64,000 nucleotides of DNA from the NCBI GenBank assembly GCA_963674785.1, contig OY771555.1, positions 704,001 through 768,000 of the forward strand, in the 5' to 3' direction. Shown piece by piece: positions 46,537 to 57,330 of this stretch (within the stretch, counting starts at the first letter, position 1; every line of letters starts with the position of its first letter). The notes beneath the pieces were generated by a model that worked only from the letters and a program-made list of their open reading frames with translations, ran no database searches and had not been told where the DNA came from. Position numbers and translations under genes: made by a program. Origin of the DNA: Caldisericia bacterium. GTDB lineage: Bacteria; Caldisericota; Caldisericia; JAAYUI01.

Positions 46537-49500
46537 ATGAGAAGAACTATAGTGATGCTCGTTGCAGTTACTATGATCATGGGAATATTTGCCCCAGTTC
46601 TTGGCTTAGCAAATGTTAATGCTGCGCCAAACAACGAGGTAATTCAGGGTAACGAACATGCCACACATATCATAGCCCAGTGGCATCAGGTTGGGCATGA
46701 TGAGTATGGCGACCCCCTCCCTGGTGGAAAATCCTTTCCATGGCAGCATGAAGGCACAAGCCTTAATAGCTACTGGGGAAGTGAAGAATATGGAATGCCA
46801 AATGCTATTCTTGCAAGGGCAAGTTCTGGTATTGCAAGACGCGTAAGGCAGAATAATGCTGCATCAACAGTACAGCCAATGCTCTGGACAAGAGTGTATC
46901 TCACAGTTATGGCTGACAACGGCGCTTCAAGACCCATTGTGGACGATAGGGGTGATTATAAGGGCGTCGGACTCTGGTATGTTGTAATGGACACCGCAGG
47001 GCAGGTCTGGTTTGATATGGACGGACACTTCCATGATGGAAGGTATCTTGCTACTGCCGACCCATTCTCACCATATTACCAGTATGAGGTTGATGATTCT
47101 GGCAATTCTTACGGTTCATGTCTTATCAACCCAATGGCCAAAGTTGACCCAACTGAAGCAAACAATACTCAGGGCCCATACCAGTTCTCCGAAGAGACTT
47201 CCACTGGTGAAGAAAATGAGCTCTATGTTGAACCATGTTATTTCTGGGTGAGACCAAACCTCATTAATAAAGTTAGCTCCCTCGATACAAACACAACTTG
47301 CGATGCTTATGCAAATCATACTCTTACAGGTGAGTCAAGGGCATGGCAGCTCGGTATCCTCTCAAGACCAGATTATCTTGGACAGGGTATTTCAAGTCCT
47401 CTTGGTAATGTCTCAGATGGTCTTGTAAGATCTGGTGAGTGGGATGTTGGACAGTCAACCATTCCATTCCTTGCAAATGAGCTTTTTGCAGATGCATTTG
47501 GCAACCTCAATAGTGCTGGTCCTGCACCAACAAACGGAACATATGATCCAGGCGATCCTATCTATAGAGATGTTGATGGTTCAAACTCCGTTACCGTTGG
47601 CGACATAAGACTTTCAAATGTTACTCTCGGTGTTCCTCCCGCAGTTACAACATTCCTCGGTGGAACCATTGTTGCTGCAGGCGACAGAGACATCAACACA
47701 TTTGGTGGTGCAACAGGTTGGAGCAACAATCTTTACTCAATGCCTCCAGGTTATGTTTACTGTGCCGCTGGCACTGGTGATGGAACAGAGCTTGAGTTCA
47801 GACATCTTGGAAATCCAACCACAAATGGCGAGTGGTCAGTTATTACTCCAGCAGGAACGTCATTTATTGCAGTAGAAGATGCTTCTGAAATCACTGCTGG
47901 ATCCACAGTCAGAGTTGGACCAAACAACCTTGGTCAGAGCCAGATTTGTGTTGTCACAAATGTTTGGAATGCACCACAGGCTGCGACAATGTATAACAAC
48001 TACAACTCTATAGGTTGTAATGGTTATCACAGATCATGGTATGACTATTACATCCAGGGTTTTAACGTTGGTGATTATGTTTATTTTGGTTCAACCAATG
48101 GTGGAGAGATGCTTAGAATTTCTGCTCTCTATTATTATGGTTATATGTATCACTATACTTGGGGATGTAGCGGCTCATCATCCTATACTGCTGTCAGATA
48201 TACTAGAGAACCACAGTTAAATCATGATCAGTATAGCTATAACGGAAGCAGCTACTGGTATGCTTATGGATATGATGTAATGACAAGAGTAGAACAAGGT
48301 CTTCTTCTTGATTGTGTTCTTGGAATCGACTGCGCAGCAGGCACTCCTGTTGTTCCAGTTGGTTACCAGCCAGGTGACTTTGTCTACATGCAGTTGGATC
48401 CAACAGCAAATCAGATCCAGGAAGGCGATATCCGACTTTCAAATGTCGATGTTCACAGAGATATTGCTGGAAACGTAATTGGACATGGTGCTTGGGAATT
48501 TGACGCTCTTGTTATGATGGAAGTCCTCTTTGCTGATCCAAATGACCCAAGATACCATGGAGCAGTTGGAAACCAGGACTGGAAAACATATTCAAATGAT
48601 CCTTCATACGATCTTATGGATTCAGACTGGAATGACATCGATCATCCATACGCACATTGCATGCCAACATATGATTTGACAGTTGAGTCAGATTTCTGGC
48701 AAGGTGAAAGAGTATGGGTTGATGATCCTGCAAATCCAGGTTCAATGATTTCTGAATGGCAGGGAGTTATCCCATCCGTTACTGCATGTGCTCTCAGATC
48801 ACCAAACGATGATGTTGACCCAGCACATCACAGAATCGCAAAACAGACAATCCTTGGCGATGAACCAGATGATTTCTTTATTCATAGCGCAACAATTCAT
48901 GGTGTAACACCTGACTACAGAGAATATCTCGGACTCGAACTCTTTGTCGATAGTGACTATGACAACAACCCAATTCCAAACCTTCCAGCAAACAATCCTG
49001 TGGCACTTGACCTTCATGATAACTATCAGCGTGGAGATGTCTGCTCAGCATATGCTGGTGCAACAAGCAGAGCCCCAGACCTTGATCTTTGGAGAGACCT
49101 TTCAACCATTGATGACTCCAAAGATTATCCGAAATTTATTGACCTTGATAATCCAGCTGCAATTCCTAATGACCCTGGTATGTATGGTTGCAACGAGCCA
49201 ATCTACTTTGACCTTGACCAGGATGGAACAGTTTCCCCAGGCGACAGACGTGGTTCAGATATTGATATCAGAACCGGTACAGTAACTGAAGGTTCACTTG
49301 ATAGCTTTGTTGCAGGCACAATTGTTCAGCCAGGTGATGTTGATGTAGGAAGAATTCTTTCCAGATTCCTTGATCCAACACCGGGCTTAACATACATGCA
49401 GCCTGTTTACAAGTGGTATGATATCCCACACGAAATCTCAAGACTTCCATCAGGATCTCTTGATTTAGGCGAACCAATTTATTACGACCACCCTGTTCTT

Positions 49501-52500
49501 CCAGACTTCCCAGCAGGAAACCAGCAGACAGACCCAGGTGACATTAGACTTAGTGATGTCAATGTCGCATCAGCACAGTATTTCTGTGGTGAGACAATGG
49601 GTATTGGTGACGTATTCACAAATGAATACCCACTTTATATGATTTCAATGGGTAAAAATGGTGATTATAACTACATCGACTTCCCAGTACTTCCATTCCC
49701 AACAATGGATGTCCAGATTGAAGTTGATAGACCACTTAAGGTTGAGCAGACAAGTAATGTCAAAATCACTGTCAACCCACCACCAAAACCAGGCGAGAGC
49801 ATCTTTGTTGCACTTCGTGAAACAAAACTTGAAGCAAGACAGCCTGTTGAGCAGATTGATTACTACTCAATGAAAAATGTTGAGGGTGAATGGTTAGAGT
49901 GTTCAGACCTTATTTCCCCAACCTATTGGAACGCCAATGCCACTTATGGTGCTGGCATGTATAGAGAAAATGTAAACATTGGATTCGACTTCCCATTCTT
50001 TGGACAGATATATAACAGACTTGAGATTGGATGGAATGGTTATGTTAACTTTGGAACCCAGTGGTATTATTATAGTTCCCAGTACACATATTATGGATAC
50101 TCAGGCTCTTCATACAGATATGCTGTTGTTCGACCATTAGATTATGCAAATAGTCCACCACGTGTTAACGCACTTGGCGGAAGATGGGGATGGCCTCCAA
50201 ATACCGAAGTTTGTTATGGTCAGGCGATTTGGCCAGCAACAGGCGAGACCGTATTTGTTATCCATTGGAAGGGTGTAAACTACTACAATGACGCAGACTT
50301 TGAAGTTGAAGTAATCCTCTTCCAGAATGGTGAGGTCCTAATTCAGTTCCAAAGCACGGCATGCCCAACATACTTCAGTGATATGAACGTTGGTATTACC
50401 AATGGTAACGGTGACTACTACGAATGGCTTGAAGGTGGACCATGTGGATTTGGTGATGAAGCAAATGTTCTCTTCTCCCCAGGTTCAATCCCAGCACAAC
50501 CAGGAAGACCAGCTCTTGACATCGCAGAAGATGATAGATGGATTACTGAAGATAACCCAGAGGCTAATTTTGAATTCACTCCATACAGAGGTACCTGTCT
50601 TGAAGACGGAACAAGACAGCCTGTTGAAATCAACCTTTATAGAGATGTAGGTGGAGTCAAAGACCCAGCGGTTGTTCCAAGGAACCCACCACCAAAAACA
50701 TATCTCACATATAGAGAGCCATCATACAACGTAGATGAACCTTACAACGGAAGAGTAATCGCCGTACAGGATGTTTATGGATATCTTCCAGGCGACTGGA
50801 TTCTCGTTGGAAATCTCAGAAATACTGAGAGAAGAATGATCACTCAGATTCACACTGGTACTGAAGGTGCTTATACTGAGATGATTGAGACTAACTTTAA
50901 CTCCTCATCTACCTCTAACAGATCTCATATCCTTCCAGTTAAGAGCATCGATGACTTCTATGTTGGAAACACACTTGTTGTCGGATGGAATACAAGCCCA
51001 ACACAGGAAACCCATGTTATTACCCATGTCTCAAGAGATATTGGTTATGATAACGGTACAAACCCAGATTTCCATTGGACAAGAGGTGCTGGTAATACTT
51101 CACATCCACAAGGTGAGAACGTAGTAATCAGACTTCAGGATGCATCAGGATTTGTCGTTGGTGACTTTATTGGAATGGGTTATTATCAGTGGTGGCCAGA
51201 TGATCCACAGTGTAGCGGAAGAGCTCTTTATGATGTTGCAAGAATTATCGATATTAATGGTAACGAAGTTACACTTAACAGAACACACCAATATTGGTAC
51301 TCCTACAATTATTATTACTATGCACATGTAAGAGGTATTGAGGTTAGAGACCCACTCAAGTATCGGCACTATGATGAGTGTGATGCTCAGGATGGAAGAG
51401 CAGAACAGGTTCTTACAACCAAGTTCAGCTTCACTCTCCATAGAGGACTTAACTACAACCATATCTTTGGTGAGCCAGTAGTTGGTATCGTTTACTTTGA
51501 CCCATTCTGGGTAGACAACAAATGGGAAAGATTCGATCTTGACATGTATCCAACACGTCAGTTCTCATCAATCCTTTCACCAGATACAGTTTCACCAGAC
51601 CTTGATAGCGGATACGATTGTTTCTTCAGAAGCAAGTGGAATATTGAGCCTGAAGAAATAGAAATTGTCAAAGCAAGGGATTGTATTTCACCACTTGATC
51701 AGAGATATCCAAACATCCTGCTTACCCTTATGGATGCCGATAACCCCAACGACGTAAACGATCCTGCAGATATTCCAATCTCATGCCCAGCCGGAGTTTC
51801 TGGTGTTGACCAGACAATTATCGCAAACGTTAATGTTAATGGTTGCGGAATTGACTATCTCTTTACAGCCGGCCAGGCAAGCCCGAACAGATTCATTGTT
51901 CAGGTAAACGATGACGGTACATATGATTGGTGGAGATGGTATGAGCCACTCGTACCAACACAGATTTTTGGTGCCCTTGATTCAAATGACTGGCTTTACA
52001 CATGGCTTGATGATGACCAGGGTGATGATCTTCTAGCACCTGCAACAAGAACACCAATGCCAACCCATGACAATACCTATGACCTCAGGCTTACTGACAA
52101 TGACTGCTCACTTGGTGGTGGCGTTTGTGACCCATGCAATGAGGGTTCAAAGTGGCCATGTCTTGGTGATGTGACACTCTATGATGCTTATGGAAGATTT
52201 ATGAATTCACTCGGAGATCCTTACTCCAACTATCCAAACCCACAGAATCTTCCAGCAAACTATGGAAACATCGAAAACTTCGGTATTCCTTGTGTTATCG
52301 ACAGATGGACTCTTGGTTCCGATGGTGGACAGATCATGTTCCCAGCAAAACCATTTGAATCAGGCGATCTTCACGTAAGAGTTTACACATATCAGGCCGT
52401 ATTTGATTACAACTCCTCGAATGTTCACTGGCCAGGACCATACTTCGTGCCAGATACATCACTTGGAATTGACTATTGTGGATATACAACAATTAAGGTC

Positions 52501-55500
52501 ATGGAGCCAGATGCAGATGTAAACTTCTCAGAGTTCAGAATGGTTGACCACGGTCTCCAGAACTCCTTGATCAATTACACAACTGGTGTCAACCCAATCT
52601 ATCCAATGGCACCTCCAGCTCCAAGAATCCAGGCATACTACAACCCAATTATCTATAACTACAATACAGAAGTTAGATCATACCCAGGTGGACAGACACA
52701 TACTGGTAGAATTATCGGTGGCGAAAGCGGACATTATTGGAACGCATATCCAGCAATCTGGGAAAACCAGTTTGTCAAACTTGGAACTGAGTTCCTTCCA
52801 CTTACTGACTATGGTATGTACTTCATTCTTATGAATGGTGAAGGAAACCATCTTGGTTATGGCAGAAGCCCAACACAGGAACCAGACCTTGCTCTCAGAT
52901 ATATGAAGATCACTGGTCCATTCATGAGACCAAAATTCTACAACGAGCAGACTCTTAACTGCATCCTTGGTGGAATGGATAGCCCATATTACGAATACAA
53001 TAACGTAATCGGTCTTCCAATTGCCTACGACTACAGCGGAGAGATTAACGTAAATAGCTCAAACTTCAGTTCATACTGTGATGCTTATGGAAGTGACTAT
53101 TCACAGGTTGGTCAGCCACTTTCATCATCAGATAGTGTTGTTTATGAAAATGCTAACACATGGCTTACCAACTGGAGAGACCTTTACTATGGTGGATTCT
53201 GGAGTGTTTCAAGAACCAACTTCAATTACCCAGTAGCAGATCCAGTGACTCCATGTTATCCATATGTTTGGGTATTTGATGAGCTTATTCCAATCGGCCC
53301 AGGTCAGATTGAAATTGAACTCCAGCTTTATAATGACATCAAGAAGGTTTACCAGGATTGCTGTGCTGCAGGACAGTCTGGAACAAAAGATGGAATTCCA
53401 GTACATGGTCTTAAGATTGAAGGCACACCACAGTTTGTAACCGTTCTTGAAGATAACGTTTTTGAGCTCACAGTTACCGAAGACTCTGGAAAAGGAATGA
53501 TCAACAATGGTGAGTGGCTCAACATCGAATGTAACGATGCAGTCCTCTTTGCATGGCAGGACAGAGGTATAGTCGATCCAGATTCAAACTATTGGTATGG
53601 TGCACTTGATGGAATCATCACCAACCCACCACAGTCCTCAACAGTATCCGGACAGGAAACTGCATATGACAAGATTTATGACAGAAACAACGATGGTCTC
53701 ATAAGATTCAATGATCGTGAAACAGAGATTGTTGGAACATATGATATGGCCACAAATACATGGCTCGGTGGAATGATTGATGCAAGAACATTCCAGAGAG
53801 AAAATGGTCAGTACAAGATTGAACTTACTGCTGAAAATGGTGGACTCATTGATGAAGTTGGAATCGATATTGGCGGACGTGATGAAAATAGAAGACCACT
53901 TCTTAGAAACCACGTAGACCATATCATTGATCAGTATGAGACATGCCCATTCAACATCACCGCTTACAAGTATGGTGATGACAATAACGATAGAGCATTT
54001 ACACCACTTCTTTATAACTGGTACTCACACGAAGTCTATCTTTCAGGACAGGTTTCAGTTCCAGTTGAACCAAGACGTGACCTTAACATTACATATAGCC
54101 CAGAACCACTCACAGCTGGTGTAATCCCAGAAAAAATTGGTGACCCACTTACATTCCACGTTACTGATTACAATGGTGACCCAGTTGACCTCTTCGCAAT
54201 TGGTCTCCCAGATGCACATGGTGATGCAGAGATTATCGAAACAGCAGTTCATGACATCCTCTTCAAAGATCCATTACCAGATGATGAATACTTCTATGGT
54301 GAAGGCGCAGTCATGCCTCAGTACTACTGGCTCAGAACCGACCTTCACAACGTTGAAGACGAAGAAGGAAAATTTAACTACAACTCAGCAATGTACTATC
54401 CAACCTTCCTTCCAATTGATTTCACACATGATTCTGAAAAAGGTGACTACACATTCAGAGGATTCATTGCAAACGATAAAGGTGAATTTGAAGTTTATGT
54501 CTATACACCAGACAGAAAACATTCAGGTGTTGTAACTGTTAAAGTTGCCTCACCAAAGGCTTCATATGAAGTTTCAAACAAGGATGAGCCAAACGCAATC
54601 TTTGATGTTCCATCAACAACAGGTGACCCAGACTTCGTGCTCACAGGTGGCGATAACAGAATCTACAACGTAACAGTAACATGTAGAAATGCTCAGGATG
54701 CACTTCTTAAGGGTGTCGCAAAAGGTGTAAGTGTCTGTTCAGGTGAAGGTGAAGATATTGCAAGATTTACTGTTGCAAACTCCATCCCACATAATTACCT
54801 TTGGGGATCAGTTTCATCATCTTCAACTGGTTACTCAGAGACCTATTATCATAACTATGCAGGAATCGATATTAATGATGATGGAAGTCTGACACAGCTT
54901 ACAATTGATCAGTCCGAATATGCTGAAATTAAATATCAGATTTACAGCAGCAATCCTGTTTACTATAACACTGCAAACACAAGATATACCGATCTTAACT
55001 ATGAAATTACTTCATGGGGTGGCTGGGGTGCTTGGTACCCAGGTAAATCTGATTATCTTCCAGCTCAGGCAAGCCGTGGATACAGTAAATTCATGGACTA
55101 CCAGAGAGGTTGGGGTAGAGGTTGTATCTATAATGATAAATATCATGGATCATATCTCTTCCCAGACTTCAATAGTGATAATATTCTCTCTTTCAGAGAC
55201 TCCTTCTCACTCAATGAACAGGGTAGAACAACATTCTTGTTCTACGCAAACGATGCTTGTTTCTTGACAGGTCTTGTTGGATACAATGATTATTGTAACG
55301 TAAATCAGTATGCTGACGTTGCCGGATATATGAACGTTCAGACAAGAATGGATCCGAACTACTCAAGATATAGATTCAACCCAACTTTCGGAATGGGTGC
55401 CACACCAGATGGTATCTATCAGCTTGACTGGGAAGCATGGCCAGATAAGAGTCTTGAGGTTGGAACACCAGACATTGAGATTATCAATCCTCTTACAGGT

Positions 55501-57111
55501 GAAGCCTGGAGAACAAATACAGATGAAGACGACGTGATTGCATTCGGTCACTACGATCTTACATACGGTATTAAAAATCATATGCTCGTTAAGGTTTACC
55601 CAGCAGACAGAAGAGACATCCCTGTGCATGGTTATATTCCTGAAGATCATCCATCATACTCAGAGCAGACATATGGTGACAGCCAGTACAACGAAAAAGC
55701 TGCGACAATCAGATTCTATTCACCAGAAAAAGATACTACTGAGGGTTGGCCAGCATTTGAACATCACGTAGTAGGAAGACTCACAATCGGAAAAGACGAT
55801 CCAAATGATCGTGAAGCAAACATCTATGTTGATCCAACTGGTACTGGTTCTGCAACAGCCGGTCTCTATATGAGAGAAAAGAGAGTTGCCGCACAGGAAG
55901 TCGGAACTAGCTACACACTTAATGCCGCACTTACAGTGTTCAACGTAATCAAGGGCATCGCAATTGAGCCAGAGGTTGGCGGAGCACTCAAGGTTGGCGT
56001 AGAGTCAACACTTAAGGTCAAGGTTGTTGTTGCTGGTGGAGCAGATGAACCAGTCGCAGGCATAAGCGTTAAACTTGATGACAAAGACGGAATTGTTACA
56101 GCTCAGACTGCAACAACAAACGATATGGGTATCGCAGAATTTAAGGTTACCCCAACAAAAGCTGGAAAAATTATCATCCGTGCAAGCTCAGATGTCTATG
56201 GCGAAGCAACCTCAGCAGTTGGCGTAGAAGTCGAAGTTATCCCACCAATGCTCATTATTGATTCACTTCCATCCACAACAAATGCTTCAAAGATCAAAGT
56301 CTCAGGTAAGACATCTGTTGGAGCCGAAGTTAAGATCGGTGCAAACAAAGTTAAGGTTGCAGATGATGGTACATTCAGCCATGAAGTTAACCTTGAAGAC
56401 GGTTATAACTCAATCGACATTACTGCAAGCAACACAGCAGGAATGTCAACATCACTCACCGTTGGAATCACAAGAGACTCCGTTGCACCAGAGATCATCC
56501 TTGATCAGGAAGATCCAAATGTCAAAGTCTTCGGACCAAATGTAACACTCACCGGTAAGGTTGAGCCATACTCCAAGGTTACTATCAACGGAAAAGAAGC
56601 AACAGTTGTTTATGACACATGGAGAGTTGAGCTTGAAAACATCGATGCTGGTGAACTTGAGCTTAAGGTAGAGGCTGTTGACCCAGCTGGCAACCAGAAC
56701 GAAAAGACATTTACAATTACAGTTTACGCAAGAAGAGTTATGGTTATTCAAGATGGTCACACAAACGTGACCGTCAACGATAACCCAGGAACACAGCTCA
56801 ACAGAGGACCAAAGGTAATTGGCGGCGTATTCTATGCACCACTTACAGTTTTCACCCAGTTCTTTGAAGAGAATACTCCAGTAATAAATGCTGGTACTGT
56901 AACTGCAACAATCGATGGAAAAGAATATGTTATGTCTGTTGATCAGAAGACATATACCGTTGATGGCGATGAGTTTACAATGACAAATGCACCTGTTGAT
57001 GAACTCGGTGAATTCTTTGTTGATGTTGAGTTCTTTGCCGGAATTCTAGGAATCGAAACTAATTGGGATCATGGTAGTGGAAAAATGACCCTGACAATGG
57101 AGATTGAATAG
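46537..57111 (+). CDS. Giant secreted surface protein 2 (~3524 aa), paralog of protein 1
   Basis: ATG 46537 behind AAGGAGAGG; signal peptide; shares FPWQ, NNTQGPY, VQVNDDG, YPGGQTH, KLGTEF, QDCC, AYKYGDDNNDR, PQYYWLRTDLHN; C-terminal Ig and stalk domains. Confidence 0.9.
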   Translation: MRRTIVMLVAVTMIMGIFAPVLGLANVNAAPNNEVIQGNEHATHIIAQWHQVGHDEYGDPLPGGKSFPWQHEGTSLNSYWGSEEYGMPNAILARASSGIARRVRQNNAASTVQPMLWTRVYLTVMADNGASRPIVDDRGDYKGVGLWYVVMDTAGQVWFDMDGHFHDGRYLATADPFSPYYQYEVDDSGNSYGSCLINPMAKVDPTEANNTQGPYQFSEETSTGEENELYVEPCYFWVRPNLINKVSSLDTNTTCDAYANHTLTGESRAWQLGILSRPDYLGQGISSPLGNVSDGLVRSGEWDVGQSTIPFLANELFADAFGNLNSAGPAPTNGTYDPGDPIYRDVDGSNSVTVGDIRLSNVTLGVPPAVTTFLGGTIVAAGDRDINTFGGATGWSNNLYSMPPGYVYCAAGTGDGTELEFRHLGNPTTNGEWSVITPAGTSFIAVEDASEITAGSTVRVGPNNLGQSQICVVTNVWNAPQAATMYNNYNSIGCNGYHRSWYDYYIQGFNVGDYVYFGSTNGGEMLRISALYYYGYMYHYTWGCSGSSSYTAVRYTREPQLNHDQYSYNGSSYWYAYGYDVMTRVEQGLLLDCVLGIDCAAGTPVVPVGYQPGDFVYMQLDPTANQIQEGDIRLSNVDVHRDIAGNVIGHGAWEFDALVMMEVLFADPNDPRYHGAVGNQDWKTYSNDPSYDLMDSDWNDIDHPYAHCMPTYDLTVESDFWQGERVWVDDPANPGSMISEWQGVIPSVTACALRSPNDDVDPAHHRIAKQTILGDEPDDFFIHSATIHGVTPDYREYLGLELFVDSDYDNNPIPNLPANNPVALDLHDNYQRGDVCSAYAGATSRAPDLDLWRDLSTIDDSKDYPKFIDLDNPAAIPNDPGMYGCNEPIYFDLDQDGTVSPGDRRGSDIDIRTGTVTEGSLDSFVAGTIVQPGDVDVGRILSRFLDPTPGLTYMQPVYKWYDIPHEISRLPSGSLDLGEPIYYDHPVLPDFPAGNQQTDPGDIRLSDVNVASAQYFCGETMGIGDVFTNEYPLYMISMGKNGDYNYIDFPVLPFPTMDVQIEVDRPLKVEQTSNVKITVNPPPKPGESIFVALRETKLEARQPVEQIDYYSMKNVEGEWLECSDLISPTYWNANATYGAGMYRENVNIGFDFPFFGQIYNRLEIGWNGYVNFGTQWYYYSSQYTYYGYSGSSYRYAVVRPLDYANSPPRVNALGGRWGWPPNTEVCYGQAIWPATGETVFVIHWKGVNYYNDADFEVEVILFQNGEVLIQFQSTACPTYFSDMNVGITNGNGDYYEWLEGGPCGFGDEANVLFSPGSIPAQPGRPALDIAEDDRWITEDNPEANFEFTPYRGTCLEDGTRQPVEINLYRDVGGVKDPAVVPRNPPPKTYLTYREPSYNVDEPYNGRVIAVQDVYGYLPGDWILVGNLRNTERRMITQIHTGTEGAYTEMIETNFNSSSTSNRSHILPVKSIDDFYVGNTLVVGWNTSPTQETHVITHVSRDIGYDNGTNPDFHWTRGAGNTSHPQGENVVIRLQDASGFVVGDFIGMGYYQWWPDDPQCSGRALYDVARIIDINGNEVTLNRTHQYWYSYNYYYYAHVRGIEVRDPLKYRHYDECDAQDGRAEQVLTTKFSFTLHRGLNYNHIFGEPVVGIVYFDPFWVDNKWERFDLDMYPTRQFSSILSPDTVSPDLDSGYDCFFRSKWNIEPEEIEIVKARDCISPLDQRYPNILLTLMDADNPNDVNDPADIPISCPAGVSGVDQTIIANVNVNGCGIDYLFTAGQASPNRFIVQVNDDGTYDWWRWYEPLVPTQIFGALDSNDWLYTWLDDDQGDDLLAPATRTPMPTHDNTYDLRLTDNDCSLGGGVCDPCNEGSKWPCLGDVTLYDAYGRFMNSLGDPYSNYPNPQNLPANYGNIENFGIPCVIDRWTLGSDGGQIMFPAKPFESGDLHVRVYTYQAVFDYNSSNVHWPGPYFVPDTSLGIDYCGYTTIKVMEPDADVNFSEFRMVDHGLQNSLINYTTGVNPIYPMAPPAPRIQAYYNPIIYNYNTEVRSYPGGQTHTGRIIGGESGHYWNAYPAIWENQFVKLGTEFLPLTDYGMYFILMNGEGNHLGYGRSPTQEPDLALRYMKITGPFMRPKFYNEQTLNCILGGMDSPYYEYNNVIGLPIAYDYSGEINVNSSNFSSYCDAYGSDYSQVGQPLSSSDSVVYENANTWLTNWRDLYYGGFWSVSRTNFNYPVADPVTPCYPYVWVFDELIPIGPGQIEIELQLYNDIKKVYQDCCAAGQSGTKDGIPVHGLKIEGTPQFVTVLEDNVFELTVTEDSGKGMINNGEWLNIECNDAVLFAWQDRGIVDPDSNYWYGALDGIITNPPQSSTVSGQETAYDKIYDRNNDGLIRFNDRETEIVGTYDMATNTWLGGMIDARTFQRENGQYKIELTAENGGLIDEVGIDIGGRDENRRPLLRNHVDHIIDQYETCPFNITAYKYGDDNNDRAFTPLLYNWYSHEVYLSGQVSVPVEPRRDLNITYSPEPLTAGVIPEKIGDPLTFHVTDYNGDPVDLFAIGLPDAHGDAEIIETAVHDILFKDPLPDDEYFYGEGAVMPQYYWLRTDLHNVEDEEGKFNYNSAMYYPTFLPIDFTHDSEKGDYTFRGFIANDKGEFEVYVYTPDRKHSGVVTVKVASPKASYEVSNKDEPNAIFDVPSTTGDPDFVLTGGDNRIYNVTVTCRNAQDALLKGVAKGVSVCSGEGEDIARFTVANSIPHNYLWGSVSSSSTGYSETYYHNYAGIDINDDGSLTQLTIDQSEYAEIKYQIYSSNPVYYNTANTRYTDLNYEITSWGGWGAWYPGKSDYLPAQASRGYSKFMDYQRGWGRGCIYNDKYHGSYLFPDFNSDNILSFRDSFSLNEQGRTTFLFYANDACFLTGLVGYNDYCNVNQYADVAGYMNVQTRMDPNYSRYRFNPTFGMGATPDGIYQLDWEAWPDKSLEVGTPDIEIINPLTGEAWRTNTDEDDVIAFGHYDLTYGIKNHMLVKVYPADRRDIPVHGYIPEDHPSYSEQTYGDSQYNEKAATIRFYSPEKDTTEGWPAFEHHVVGRLTIGKDDPNDREANIYVDPTGTGSATAGLYMREKRVAAQEVGTSYTLNAALTVFNVIKGIAIEPEVGGALKVGVESTLKVKVVVAGGADEPVAGISVKLDDKDGIVTAQTATTNDMGIAEFKVTPTKAGKIIIRASSDVYGEATSAVGVEVEVIPPMLIIDSLPSTTNASKIKVSGKTSVGAEVKIGANKVKVADDGTFSHEVNLEDGYNSIDITASNTAGMSTSLTVGITRDSVAPEIILDQEDPNVKVFGPNVTLTGKVEPYSKVTINGKEATVVYDTWRVELENIDAGELELKVEAVDPAGNQNEKTFTITVYARRVMVIQDGHTNVTVNDNPGTQLNRGPKVIGGVFYAPLTVFTQFFEENTPVINAGTVTATIDGKEYVMSVDQKTYTVDGDEFTMTNAPVDELGEFFVDVEFFAGILGIETNWDHGSGKMTLTMEIE

Positions 57112-57158
57112 GTATAATTGTTCGAATACGAATTTAGTTTGAAACTTTAAAAAGTTAT

Positions 57159-57212
57159 CCTTTCGGGTGCGTGGATGAAACCCGCCCCGAAAGGCGAGAA
57201 AGAATTGATTTA
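57159..57212 (+). promoter_or_regulatory. Intercistronic hairpin plus conserved CGAGAAAGAA..GATTTA motif (copy 2)
   Basis: Stem CCTTTCGGG...CCCGAAAGG (57159-57194) followed directly by CGAGAAAGAATTGATTTA. Confidence 0.6.
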
Positions 57213-57330
57213 TAGTTGGTTTGATAAGCAAAAAAATGGACTTCATTACTAGATTTATATCGGTTGAAAAAAAGGTTGAAGTGGCCCAAGATTGGCCCCT
57301 TGGTGGCTTAAGTCTAAAAGGAGAGGTCAG

